Assembly: GCF_964355755.1 (NCBI RefSeq)
Contig: NC_092671.1
Location: 13,206,001-13,270,000 of the forward strand
From: Antedon mediterranea
Lineage: Eukaryota > Animalia > Echinodermata
Reading direction: 5' to 3'
Length of the DNA: 64,000 bases
Part shown: in pieces, positions 1 to 13,545 of the stretch
Layout of the letters: every line of letters starts with the position of its first letter
Position numbering within the stretch: the stretch's first letter is position 1
Made by a program: the position numbers and the translations under genes
Notes under the pieces: generated by a model
Told to the model about the DNA's origin: nothing
The model's database searches: none
Seen by the model: only the letters and a program-made list of their open reading frames with translations

Positions 1-3000
1 GTCAAGCATTAAGTGCTGCGGATTAATTTTAAGATAATGTCAATATCACCATGTTAAGCAAATTCATTCATTTTCAAACGTAAAATTCATAAAACTGAAC
101 AAAAATGGCTTACTGAAACCCGCCTTTCAAATCTATTTGGAATTACAATGTTGGGCACATTACGCTAACACAGAAATTAGTATTACAATAACAGTATTAA
201 CGATTAATACCTTGCTTTAACTTTCCTTAATTCATTTGTTGTTGAAAATTAAGAATTAATCAGCATAGTTATACCCCGGTAAACTATTTTTCCTACTTTA
301 TATAAACTGCCGTAACTAATATTTTACAAATAGATGCCCATTGTTGTAATACCGTGTAGGTTTTACTTCAGTGTCGAGTTCCAAAATTAAATTAAAAAGT
401 ACAAGTATTTGATGGGTCCAGTGGCCGTATTCACCAACCACACTTGAGTGAGATAGAGTCCTTAAGTGTTTCACTTAAGCTAATGAAAGGTATTCATTTA
501 GATAAAAGAATTGTTTAATTGTAAGGGTCTCCCTTCGCATAAATGGAAATGGTGTTTGGAAAAATGTGATACAAACTACTGAAAATAATTATTCCAGTTT
601 ACTACATTTAGGAGGACAGTAAGAAAAATGAGAATATGCCAGATTTATCAAAAATGTTTCAATCGAAGTTGAATTCCTTGTATTGATATATTTCGACGCT
701 AAATTCAAATTGACAACTGCTCTGTCAGGCCTTTGACTACTTTCAAACTAAAATAATGAAAAATTCGTCCGCATCATCATCTTACACTATTATTGTTACG
801 ATCGCTGCCACTTATTAAATATAGGTATTGGTGGCAAAGTATCATTAGTAAACAAGTATTCGAATCTATTTGCTATTAGTGCGATGTGATACGAAGCTTT
901 ACATCAATAAACATAGCATTTATGGTGATGAAATATTGAATTGCATTTGATTTATATGAGCTTATATTTCTTATAATATACAATATAGATATTATATGTA
1001 GGCCGAATCCGATATTTAAAGTAAGTTTTAAGAAAGCTCAGAAACATAAATCTTCATAATTATGTCGAAAAAACTCGATATCGTTCTAGTTTGACAGTAT
1101 AAATAAAGATTGAAAAATCCGTTAATCCTGCCTTCTCAATTGTAAATCTCGTTTTTAATTCTTTCTGGAATAGGTTGGTTAAGGTAGATTATTCTAGGTG
1201 GAAGAGATAGCCTGCAATAGTCGGTTTTATTTCTAAGCATGTAGACTTTCGTAGATGATGACAATATAATAGTAATAAATATATATAAGCAAAAAACACT
1301 AAAAAAGAAGAGATGAATATTTGCTGCGATAGAGCTTGGATATCTAGAGAGTTGCGACACGGATACTCGTGAAACTTTCTACTGGAGGTTTGTCAGACCT
1401 GATTAGATCCCGTTAAACCGGTGTGTACTCACGTCTTGATGCAATCAACGACCATGTGTAACGTTAAACTGGTAAACGTAAAAGTTGGTAGAAGAAAAAG
1501 AGAAATCAAGCGAAATAGTAGTAGAGCGCTCTAACGGATATTTTGGATATAGTATGGTTAAAAATTAATGTAAAACATAATTAACTAAGACGCCAAATGT
1601 ATATGGATAAAAAGGTGAACAGTTCATTAAAATGGGCGATCAGTCATGTAACGATATTTAACGCTTCCGGCCTAAGTATATCTCAGATCACTGACAGTTT
1701 TAATTAACATGAATCAAAGTTTAAATTGGCGCAATTGGAAATGGAAAAACATTTAGCGATTTTCTATTTGTTATTAAAAATATTGTGTTATCTAATATTT
1801 TCACAGCAGTGTAAAAATGCATACATGGATTTGTGTTCGTTTAATGTAGGCCTACACGTACTAACATAAAGATTTGTTGCAGACACCGGCTAATGTTGCA
1901 TATTTATTATACTGATGAAACACGTTTAATTGAAAACTACTATTACGGTTGAGATATAATTATCTGTTATATTTTATTTGAAAACTATACAGTATAACAC
2001 AAATAATTATTTTTATTTGTTTCACTAAAATTGTCCACCGTTTAAAATATTATGTACATGTGTTATTGGGGTGTAAAGTTTCATTCCCTTTCTAAGATGG
2101 ACAATTTGTGCAACTTAAAAGAAGCCGTTATATTTGCATCAGTTTGTACCTTTATTACATCTTATTTTTAGGTTTGCATCTCCCTTTAGCGGCCTACTAA
2201 ATACAGTTATATCTAGGCCTATTATCAAACACAGTATATTGCTAGTATTTGACATGGATTTACAACAATACTGTCAAGTCCAAAATATTATCAATTCCCT
2301 CAAGTTTGTTTACATTTCCTTTATAAATTAAACTCAATATCACTTATTAAATTATGAAGTATTAATAGCATAAATAGAAGCCTGTCTTCTTTTCAATTAC
2401 GAAGAACGATTCTTATGAATACATGACTTAATTGGCTCTCAGAACAATTCCATTATCTGAGCCGATATTAGTGTGTTATGCATTTAAAACACTTCTTATA
2501 TAAACATAAGCTTCACTTCTCTATTAGTTCTTCTCTTTCAAACGCTACACAAACAATTGTTTTAAGGCGTGATTTATGTTAAAATAATTATTATTGAAGT
2601 ATCAGAAACACAACTAAAATTAGTTTTAATGATGATATATATATTCTGTCTTCCTAGTTGTTAGCCAATTAAGATTTCTTCTACTTCGGTTGCATTCGGT
2701 CTGTAATTCAATAACTAATAACTAAACAAACTCAAACACTTAGATTTTATATACAGCATTTTGATAAAAACTATACGAATTTGACCGAAATTTACCTAAA
2801 TCAACCTAAAAATGTTCGTATTTTGTTGCGAGCAATGTTACACGCACATTTCAATGCAACATAACTCTTACTAACATTCAATAGTTACCTGAAACTGGAT
2901 TGATAATAAAGTCGTTTCCCATGTCTAATGTTTTGCTGTCTGTTTTTATTTATTTATTTCTTTCATGTGATAAAACTCTAAAAGTGGATCACAGATACAT

Positions 3001-6000
3001 AAGAAAGTTTTATGAAATTTTTTTTTCTTTTTATATTTGGTGAATTAAGCCTCGCAACCAGTTGTAGACAACTTAATGGAAACTCTAAAAATATCAAGGT
3101 GATGTAGATATTAGGTATTTATCATCGGTTTTATTCTTTAAATTTCCAATATAATTAAACTTGACTATTTCTTCTTATCAATAAAAGCGTTTTTCAAATC
3201 ATTTTTTATACATATATGTTCAATTAAAATCCCCATTAGCAAATACAAAAATGTATATTGTATAGAATATCGAGTTACAGGTTGGCATGTTATATTTAAT
3301 CTTTAGGCAATTATTCCGAATTGGATTTTCGAAAGGACAATCAAATGAACTATACAAACTATGATTTGTATATGAATTTACCTTTATAAAACGGTGACGT
3401 GACATTTATTTATGGTTAATGAATTTAATTGAAGGTCATTTTACGAGAAAGATGAATTTATCTTGAATGATTGAAAAATGTTTTGTATAAGAAAAACTAA
3501 TTACACCTCTATTGCAGGTAAATTGATTTTGAAACTGTTTTCAAACTTAAATGAGTTACTGTACATTGTTAGCTAGATATATTTTCTATGTGTCTACCAA
3601 AAATGTATCTTCATTTTCACCGATAGCAATTCGATTTAGTTTTTTGTTTTAAATTTCAATATGGAATACAACAAGGGAAATTAGCAATTAGGCTTGTAAT
3701 GAATGAACAACATTGTAGATCGTGCGATTACACACCTTTAAATGATTTGGGGCGCTGTGTTTTCTCAATTATGATGCAAATGCAATGAAACTAATTCTAA
3801 CCTTAAATTGGAATACATACTTGAATGCTAACAATGCTCTTAATTTTTTGAAAAAGAAAAAAAAAAGACATACATACTGAATGTTTGACGTACTGAACTA
3901 AGAATATTTTTGGAAGGAATGGTAACTGAAAACCTCGTATTTGCATAAACAATGGGTATATCAAAAATATTAAAATAGTGATTAATGGTGATGTTGATGT
4001 TATATGATATAAATTAATTATGTACAACAATGTACCACCAGTAGTTGACAACACTTATGATTGATATTTTAATATTATGTTAAAAACAATGATTGATTTA
4101 ATACAGAGTGTACCAGATGTATTTATAAACCAAAAAAAGTGATTAATTATTGCATTAAATGATAATGAAAATGGCGTGAAAAAAATATAATAATGCCAAT
4201 TAATCATTTTAGTAAATAAAATTCCATGACAAGCAATACTGTATAAATGACAGATTTACATACACCTAAAGATGTGACGTTGATGAAAAGAATTGATTTG
4301 TAAAGGTTGAGGAAACGATTATGAGAAAATGACCACATTGATACCATTAATTGATGATGTCAACTTTGGCAGTTTTAAGAATATTAAACATAGCATTGAT
4401 TAAAGAGTATAGTTAATTATGGAAACTCAATATCAAATCGATTATGCTATCTAGCAATAACTACAAGAATATATTACTACTATTCATTTGGTGTATAATG
4501 AACTTAAAAGAGTAATAAAGTTAATAATGTGCCGAAGACTGTATATTATTGATACTCGACCTAAATAAAACAAGTGGTTATAAACTAAACCTAGTTAACC
4601 TGAAAAGAGGAAATCAATTATTCTTTTAAAGACAATATTACTAAATTGTGTTCGCTTTTAATCTAATAAAGGCATTTATATCCAGTTCCTTTCTATTTTA
4701 GACACTACACTATTTTTAGAGAATTTTTACAAGAACAAAAATACAGAAAATGCACATTAATGTGAAACGGTAAAGATGACAAAATATGCGACTGGTGAAA
4801 ACAATTAACCTAAACAAAATTCCCACAGAAAGCTGGTTTGGAGTTTAATTCACCGTAATATTTTCACTTTACATGATTTTTATCTTAACCGTTTTAAATT
4901 CTCTTTATATCATCTTAAATAAAGAGCGGAAAATCTATAAGTGTCTTTCTTTGTGCTATCTAAGTAAAGCATAAAATATCATGGGTTTTGTTTTCAATGT
5001 TTTCAAAATTACTTGTTGGAAAATTACTTACATTCACCTACAATAATGTACTTCTTAAATACAAACACATACTTTAAGAAAAATGAACTAGTATGCTTTG
5101 TTTATAAATGGATTCTACAAAAAATTGTTAAGTTTTTATATCTTAGCTTACAGTTACCTGTTAACGAGTTCGTATAGGGTCCTATAGTACGTATTTAAGA
5201 ATAAAATGAGGCAAACATGAGTATTTGACAAATAACGTACTTACCTGTTGTACACATGAACATGAAAATAAGGCAAATTAACGTTGTGTGTTTCATGATG
5301 ATTGAAAATGGTCTGCACCCGTATAGTAGCATTCAAATTTGAATCAAAGCTGTGAATTCTCGGAAACTTATATAGGCCTACAGTGAGGCAGTACAGAACT
5401 GCTGTAGCATCAGCCAATGAATGAAGCCATGTATAATTAGACCTGAGAGTGGTACGAACTCAAATCTTATTAACAACATTCCAAGTTTAATTATTGTGAT
5501 TATGTCGTTTGATCCCACGTAAAACGTTTCAAATAATACAATGGGCAATTTCATTGTGTTGTTCACGAATAATAATGTTTTATAGTAGGCTATAGTAAAG
5601 GTAAAGGTGAATCTCGTATTCATATTGAACCCATGTATGACAAATGTTATAACCACTCGGCTACACAGCCCATATCTTGCTAATTATGTACAAGTTACTG
5701 TAACAGTTCATACGGTATTATGTCTAGCGACACTAAACAGCACGTATCGTTTCTTGTCTGCTGACTACAACCTTTCTCCCACATGGCCTCCACATGGTTT
5801 AGTGTCTCATGAAACTTACGAATAATAAAATGGGTGTAACATTTGTTGTTTATGAACAATTTTGTTCCCAACATTATTTATAATACGTTATTGGACTCGC
5901 GTACACGCTTCAAACATTACAATGTGTTTTGTGTGTTTATGTACAATTTTCCAATGTTATAGACACGTTATGAACAATTGTTTTTTAGCACCATAATATA

Positions 6001-6659
6001 CCTACTACTTTGGTACAATTTCAAATCTTCATGACTTCAAAGTTTCATTATTGTAACAATGCAGTTTGAAACCACGGTGTGTTTAATAACATTACAATAT
6101 TACGCACAGATGGCAGGATATTTGTGTTATATTATCATATAAGTTGCTTCTATTTTATAACAATAGGATTAATTTCCTGATATAAGGTTAAAAAATGATG
6201 CATCATCATCGAATTAGAACTTTATCTAATTTTTCGAGGAAATTTAAAACGTGTATTTGACAATAAGCCTTTATATGTAACCTACACATTTTATGAAAGA
6301 ACTATCACTAAAGTTTGCTTTATAATTGATGAAATATGCTGTATTATGACAAAATAATTTACAAAGACCGCAAAACAAGGAGTATATCTTTACATACACT
6401 CCGATTCACATATGTCTATCATAAATTCTAACAACAACGTCTTACTGTACATTCCACGTACAAAGATCATGTTGGTAAGATTTGGTATCATCCTGCCTCT
6501 CGGTGGTATTTTCAAAACCAATTTACGTGGCATACGGTACATTGTACGGTACTTTGTACAAATACTGAAACAAAAAATACAAAGCTTGTTCATAGGTCAG
6601 GTAACAAAATGGTACCATCTTACCCCATACGAAAAATTAACTTGGTTCACGAGCCAGAA

Positions 6660-6782
6660 TTGTACACTGAACTTCCAATTCCGAGAAGACGTCTACCACC
6701 TGAACTATGAATGTTCGGAAATTAAGTATGCCTGTGGATTGCAGTAAAGGCTATAGGCCTATCTTAACAGTTCGGCCACTCT
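6660..6782 (-). mobile_element. Degenerate 5' fragment of the same Deu-SINE family
   Basis: Shares tgtacactg..tccgagaagac..tctaccacc.gaac.atg and tcttaac.g.tcggccact with 22067-22207. Confidence 0.6.
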
Positions 6783-8103
6783 ACTACCGTTAACTATTTG
6801 GCAAATGGATAAACTCACTTAAAATTTCAGTTCAATTGTTAGGAATAGTGATGATATTCGTCATTAATATGAATCATCTTGAAAAGTAATATATACTATA
6901 AACACACATTACTATTTTTATTATAATTTAAAAAATTCAGCCCGAAGTGCATTGATTAAATATTTCCTTTATTCCTAAAACTACGCATGTCTGGATCTAT
7001 TGTTATTGAAACATCTTATCAGCTAAACATTAAATATAGTACAGTTTTTTTTAAATGAAATAATATTATTGTTTGTCAAACCAACATAAATATTACGAAA
7101 ATCAGAGCCCCAACACTGAATGACTGTCGACCCTATTTCGTTAACATCACAAACATGGAAATCAGAATACCAATTTTTAATGTGCACTCTCTTTGATATC
7201 TGTCATTATTAACTATTGATTTTAAAACTGTTTTCCTCATCATACGTGCATTTAAACATTTACATAATTACATTTAAATGTTTTTTAATCGAAGTATTGA
7301 TTTGATTATGCGTACTGTTTCAATGAATCGAAACATGTAAATCAAATCACAACATTGTCCCCTTGAGGTGTGAACATTATTTAGCACTCGGTGCAGTTAC
7401 TTACCAATTTTAGTGTAGCTCATTCAAAAGCAGATTTACAATCATTACACTGTAATCAATCACCTTGTAAATTACAACGTTGAGTTATTTCCAAGATGTT
7501 GTCAAGTTCGTTAACATGAGTTGGATGATACGCTAAAGGGAATAAGACCGTGTCTGACGTACATTTCCCTTTGATGTCCGCAAGGCACTAACAGGTTAAT
7601 CATACTATAATATATAATGTGGAAACGGAAGACATTACGATCACTTCCACACTCGTGGTGTTAAAACTTTTATTATTTTTATTTTATATGTGTTTATTTT
7701 GGCGAGAATTTCGACACCAGCAGAATATTTATTCCTGTCGGGACTAAAGCTTGTCTAATGATGCTTATTTTCAAGAATTTTGTTCAAGTTCCCTTATACT
7801 AACATATTACCTTTAGTTTGATAAGCGGACCAAATCATATCTTGGAATTAGATAAGTGTTGAAATAATTATTACGTGTTAGCATAATTAGTGTTTAATTT
7901 TATTGAAGTTTTTTACTTTTGTGTATTGCTTGTAATCTTTTTTTGTATATTGTTATTATGACCAAGTTAATGAATTATTGAACAAAGAACTATTTATAAC
8001 CAGGTACAATCATATGACAAATAGTTTAATCATTGACCTGATGATGTTATCTAGGCCTACGATACAGTTTTAATAGTAGGCCTAGGCCCTCTGTTATCTA
8101 AAA

Positions 8104-8327
8104 ATGGCAACCATTTACGTTAGAATACCCGGGAGAATACCATTACAGTATTGCGTTATGTTATGTCTTTTACATGGCCTGTGTAGTTCAAGCATGTTTA
8201 TTCAAACGGATGCAGAAAATACGGGAACAACTTCAAATTTGCAGGATATATTCCTTGCACGCTGCCACGAATATGACGATTGTATTCATAGTAGCTTATC
8301 CAACACAAATTGTCCGCAGGAGAAAAG
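8104..8327 (+). CDS. ADP-ribosyl cyclase exon 1 (signal/anchor + GTT..LARC)
   Basis: ATG at 8104, donor AG|GTAGGC at 8328; MATIYV...YCVMLCLLHGLC...GTTSNLQDIFLARCHEYDDC. Confidence 0.88.
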
Positions 8328-11300
8328 GTAGGCTGATACACGTCACATATATTTATAAGGGCCTAATAATAATTGTAATAGCACTTCTATTCTCCGGTTA
8401 TTGGCAAGAAAAATCACCATCAACAGGGTTCGATTCAGAGATAGCTAATTATTTTGCCAATGGATAATACGTGTGCTCCAATTTCAGAGATCTGTTGTCG
8501 AAAACTATTATATAAAATATTAGGTACATCATTACACATTTAGTAATCTTTATTGATGACGTCATCTTCTCCCTTTCTAGACAAATTTTTTCCCCTTATC
8601 TTTATAATAAAAAATAATAACAACCATGTATGTTTAGTCTGCAACACGTAGATGCTCATGGCGCAGGATTAGGCCCGGAGTTAAAAGTCTCTCGTGATCA
8701 GCATACCGGTAAAAAATCCCCTACTCGTTTCGAATAATAGTATACATAAATATAACAATACTGTAGGTCTTTGTTGTGCTCATGAATTGTCTTTTTTTCT
8801 CGATAGCGTATTAATTTGTCCAGTATCATAGGAAAATTCTGTAATACACATACAACAGTAAACAAATGATACACATATGACGCCTGTATCATATGCCATA
8901 AGCTTAACCCAACTTTATAAAGGAGTCACAGTATGACACTGTATTAAAGAATGTCCTGATAGGCCTACTGATAAGATAATACCTAATGTTCTGTATTGAC
9001 CAGTACGATGAATCGTCAATGATCATACAATTAAGAATATAAACCGCTTTGCCATTTACAAAAATCGAAATGTTGCATAGCGGCCTAGCCTATATCCTTA
9101 ATTTACTATCTTTCATAATAGTAAAATAAACTGTAGCCTGCTATACGGAATATTTCTGAAAAGTTTCCAGTATCAGGAACCATGTAAAACAACACGAGAT
9201 TCTTACCAGACTTACTTACGGTCAATCACAGAACCAATCAAAGAAAATCAGGTTTGTTGTCTTTAATATCCATACTTTTTAAAGCTGTTTTTACCGTCTA
9301 CTGGACGAGTGTTGCCTGCTGATGGGACATTATGTGACTGAATAACGCAGACAACACATAATAAGCTACCAAAGCTAATTGTGACAACAACTGTTGGTAA
9401 AATTCGGACAGGGGATCTTCCGTTGTTGATTCATATGCTTTGTCATTACGATATGAATAGCTACAAATGTTAAAATAGTTTTAAAAACTATATCTTTTCG
9501 TAATAAATGACAGTATGATTCATGCGTAGGCGTTCTCAGACAAATATAATAATTTATATTAAATTCTTTTCAACGCCTACTGTAAATCAATGAATAGGCC
9601 TACATGATTACGTTATTTCCAGCGTCTTTTTTTTTATTATCATCGACTCCAGTCGAACATGACGTGAAATATAGTGGACACACTTCCTAACATGACGTCA
9701 TTCAACCATTAATTCATCAATGGCCTTCATTTTATTCAATTGTATTCATTTTCTATTTTAGTAAAATATGACACAGGATAGGATACCTTAATGTAATGAG
9801 ATAAATGACAAACTGTTTTGCATTATGCGTAAGAACATCTAGGTTTAGCCACCTCTTAATAACTATATTAATTGGGAATTAGAAAATTAATCATCATTAA
9901 ATCAAGCCTAAGTATATACTTAAGTCAGGGTTAAACTCCATATAAATAGTTGAGGTTAAAGAACAAAGCCTGGAGCCAAATAGAACGATATATTTGTTTT
10001 GTTTTTGACGTCAATATGATACTTGACATTGAATCGACCCTAGACTCTTTTCACCTTACTTATAACAGGTATTAAACATCTAATACTGTAATATATTCCA
10101 ATTAAGAAGTTACAAATTAATATTAATTGAAGAGTATTAGTTGCTTGGCCGTGCGACTATCAATATTTTTCTCTGGAAAATTCTATATTTAACTACTGCA
10201 ATTGCAATGTATTATTCAACCAATGGCTAGGTTCTATTTTTCTAAAATTATATTTAAATGTATTAATTGTAGTCTATTAACCCTGTAATTTACAGCTATA
10301 AAAACATCGTACTATTTAAACAACGCGGTTTATATCTTTAAGAACATCACTAATAAAAATAAAAACCATAAAATCACCAATCACAATAAAACAACCAATT
10401 GATGGCAGTATTATAGATCAAAACTGTCTAAAATGCCTAATGCTTGTTCTGCCAGCATTTAAAATATACAAACGTTGTATTGAGTTATAACAATAACACT
10501 CGGTTCCATGTCCTGGTCGAATGATAGGCTTATTATTTTAATCATTATGTTGACCAAAACAAATTACAGAAAGAGATGTATTAACCGTTATAACATATTT
10601 TAAAAATAAACTCCATTAACTCATGAATTTGTTGAAATTGTAGACTCTTCTTTGGTCTGGGACGTTTGAGATCGCACACCAGCTTGCATTGGTTACGAAA
10701 AGGTACAAAACGCTTGCAGACTTTCGAATAGGGTACTTAGTTGGTGGGATGATCTGGTGTGGACAGACAGCAGAACCGGGAATAAACTACCAACAATGCC
10801 CAAGTTACCGTGGATGTCATTTTGAAAACATGTTCGAGTATTACTCAGCGGCCTCTGCAGTGGTATGCTTACTATTATTGTTTCTTTAAAAAAAAAATCA
10901 TCATTAAGAACAGGATGATAAAATTGACTAGCTAACGCTTCTCCGTTTAATTTCCTTAATAAGCCCCTGATTTCTCAACACCCCTGATGCTTGTGACTTT
11001 GAATGATCATTGTCGTCATTTCATCACCATCGCACTTTCACCAAAATAATCTAAAATCAACATTATCGATTGGCAATGTATTAATTTGAATATTTTAAAT
11101 TACATTATAGCTCGCTCGGCAATCAAGTGGGTATGTTACTGTAGTCTTAAATGGAACCCGAGACAGTGCCTTTCAAAACAACAGGTAGGCATGTTAAGCT
11201 CACGTTCACGATGATTTAAAGTGTATGTTGAAAATGTATTGTCCCTTTGACTATATTTCGAAAAAAAGTGGGTCATATTAAAGTATGATAATAGTTATTA

Positions 11301-13037
11301 ACTTTTACTAAAAATTAGTCGAAAAAAAAAATTTAACTAAAATGCATACGTTTTTTTGTTAAAAAAAAACATATCTCATAATGCAACGCGCTTGTTTGGC
11401 TACTCTGTATGCATAATCATAAAACTTCTTCGCGACCTGTGTGAAAACACCTTCTCAATCGTGACGAGTTGTAAACAATCCTATTTAGCAACATGCATAA
11501 TGCATACTCGTGGTTTGATTTCTTGGTTTACTTTCGCCGACGATTTTCCAAACAAAATGTAATCAAATTAATTTACCTGTTAATTACGTAAACTTGTTTT
11601 TGGCTTAAATTTTCGACTTAAAGTGAATAACTTTAATATTACTTTGATTTGGCTAATTTAAACCTTCATTTTTTTTGTGTTTCAAGGGACAATACATCTT
11701 TAAATTATAAACACTACACAAGTTTACTAGTATTTTATGTAACTATTGATGTTCTAAAATGAGAAGCACCGTTGTGGCATGGATGAGCGAGAGACTTGGG
11801 CAAAGACAATTTTTGTCACTTGAAAGTGCATGAGAGACTTTAGAGACACATCCTAGACCGCAAGACACTAAGTTCTGCGAATTAAACATTAATTATTGAT
11901 ACTTGCAGTGAACACATATGCAGCAAATGTTACCACACATACGTACTCTGACGAACTTTGTAGCATTTCCAAACAGCATAGATTATGATTGATTACCATA
12001 TCCTGTTTTGAGTTGTAATGTGTCTGTGATCTTTTACAGTATATTCGCACTATCTGAGCTGCCAAACCTAAGGCAAGGCTACGTAAAAGGAATAAATGTT
12101 ATCGTTGTCCATGATCTTGGTGGCGAAATCAAGTAAGTGATAATGTATTGTGTTGATTTATGTGAGAAGGACGTGCAATATAGGCTATACCATGTCTATA
12201 CTATACTGCTAATATATAACATGTATTTAGGCTAAGCATACACATTTTGTATCATTGCAATTATGCAATGTTCAATGGTTATGTGCAAATACATTCGAGT
12301 ATTTAAGAAAAGACTTTGCAGATAATGTTTCGTACATTAGTGCATATTTTTAAATAATGTATAATTTTATTATTATTAAGAAAAGTTAAATGGGTGGGGG
12401 GGGGGGAGGGGACTGTTTAACCTATAATGAAATACAGTTCAGCTGAAAGTTAATCAGGTTCTAGCTTCGTGGCTTTGTAGGCCTAATGTGTGTAATGCCG
12501 GTTATTACACATTCATAATAATATTACGATGTAGTGAAATATAAAGTCCTCCAGTACTGGAACAGTATATTGTTTCCAAATGTTTAATAACAACTACTTA
12601 TGAAGTTTTGTTATAGAATAGGACATTGTCGTAGGATATGCTATTTAAATATTGAAGATAATGAATATATTATTTAGAGAAAGATGTGGTGGAGGTTCCA
12701 TTGCCGTTTTAGAAGATACTGTTAAACACTATGGATTCCAATATTCCTGTGTTGATGATCCCGAGTAAGTATCTTAATTTAAGCATATTAATTGTTAAAG
12801 TAAAGTTTTCTAATTATTCATAAATAATACAAGGGATTGACGATATAGTTATTTAAATACGACTTTGTTTCTTCAGTGCATTGGATCGCCACCTAATCTG
12901 CAATAGTTTATGCTCCGTATTAAAATAAAATTAAAAATTTACGACATGCAACCTTTTTCCATTACAGCGAGACATTAAATCTGCAGTGTACTTCCAATCC
13001 ACATGCACAATGTACAAGGAGGATAAACAAGCGATAG
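8104..13037 (+). CDS. ADP-ribosyl cyclase / NAD+ glycohydrolase (CD38/BST1/Aplysia cyclase family), 7 coding exons, 298 aa
   Basis: join(8104-8327,9122-9251,10644-10862,11111-11184,12040-12132,12678-12764,12968-13037) = 897 nt. All introns are GT-AG with matching phases (2,0,0,2,2,2). The translation has the family landmarks GTTSNLQDIFLARC, INC..EPC, LLWSG, TLAD, GYL..WCG, INYQQCP, VVLNGT, SIFALSELPNL (catalytic Glu), YSCVDDP and LQC..P..C. There is an N-terminal hydrophobic segment and no GPI-type hydrophobic C-terminus. Confidence 0.93.
9122..9251 (+). CDS. ADP-ribosyl cyclase exon 2
   Basis: tttcataatag| ... CAG|gtttgt; KINCSLLYGIFLKSFQYQEPCKTTRDSYQTYLRSITEPIKENQ resembles CD38 DCQSVWDAFKGAF..PCNITEEDY. 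Confidence 0.9.
10644..10862 (+). CDS. ADP-ribosyl cyclase exon 3 (WSG, TLAD signature, WCG)
   Basis: ttgtag| TLLWSGTFEIAHQLALVTKRYKTLADFRIGYLVGGMIWCGQTAEPGINYQQCPSYRGCHFENMFEYYSAASAV |gtatgc. Confidence 0.93.
11111..11184 (+). CDS. ADP-ribosyl cyclase exon 4
   Basis: ttatag| LARQSSGYVTVVLNGTRDSAFQNN |gtaggc; matches CD38 FAEAACDVVHVMLNGS..IFDKN. Confidence 0.9.
12040..12132 (+). CDS. ADP-ribosyl cyclase exon 5 (catalytic Glu, codon 12056-12058)
   Basis: cttttacag| SIFALSELPNLRQGYVKGINVIVVHDLGGEIK |gtaagt; matches CD38 STFGSVEVHNL. Confidence 0.92.
12678..12764 (+). CDS. ADP-ribosyl cyclase exon 6
   Basis: tatttag| ERCGGGSIAVLEDTVKHYGFQYSCVDDP |gtaagt. Confidence 0.9.
12968..13037 (+). CDS. 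ADP-ribosyl cyclase exon 7 (terminal)
   Basis: ttttccattacag| DETLNLQCTSNPHAQCTRRINKR-TAG; contains the last conserved disulfide pair. Confidence 0.88.
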
Positions 13038-13368
13038 TGGTTATAAAAACCATCGAGTTCTATACACCTGGTTTGCAAGGAGTGTTTTTTATGATACTGA
13101 ATAAACAAATGATGGTTTCAACCCGGATAGAGGGTGTAATTTCCCTGCTTAAACATATTAAATGGTCCGTTTTGTTTAATCACAAGTAAGGCCTAGTTTA
13201 ACATTATAACAGCATACAATAAGAACAGCATACAACTACTTAGGTTTATTGTGAACAGACGATATAACAGAAGTTATTAGTTTGTTCTAAAAATATTATA
13301 CAAAATTAAACTGATAAAAACAGTAAATGGTGGTTTATTTAGCACTGCCATATTAATTTGTTTTTATT

Positions 13369-13500
13369 TACAGTATAGAACCTCTTCTTTGGAACACCCC
13401 TATTCAAGAAACACCCTATTTAGGGGACACTGTCAAATAATTACACAATTCTTTCATTTGTGTAATACAGCTCCAATTATCTTTCAAGGGGTTTCCATTC
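13369..13500. mobile_element. Decayed Tc1/mariner-like MITE remnant
   Basis: tacagtatagaacctct..ggaacaccc..ggggacac start motif; right end degraded. Confidence 0.35.
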
Positions 13501-13545
13501 TGAGAATAATGTGATAATTAGTTGTATATTGGAAGAGGTTGACAA

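Noticed and set aside
1-8000. Short ORFs (60-111 aa) upstream of the cyclase
   Set aside because: No recognisable domains or exon chain; expected by chance in AT-rich DNA. A non-coding 5' exon or promoter here cannot be excluded.
8174-8467. 97-aa ORF overlapping cyclase exon 1
   Set aside because: An alternative frame running into intron 1; the family motifs are in the 8104 frame.
12391-12411. G-run (and C-rich tract 19684-19755) as G-quadruplex elements
   Set aside because: Simple intronic low-complexity tracts with no supporting evidence of function.
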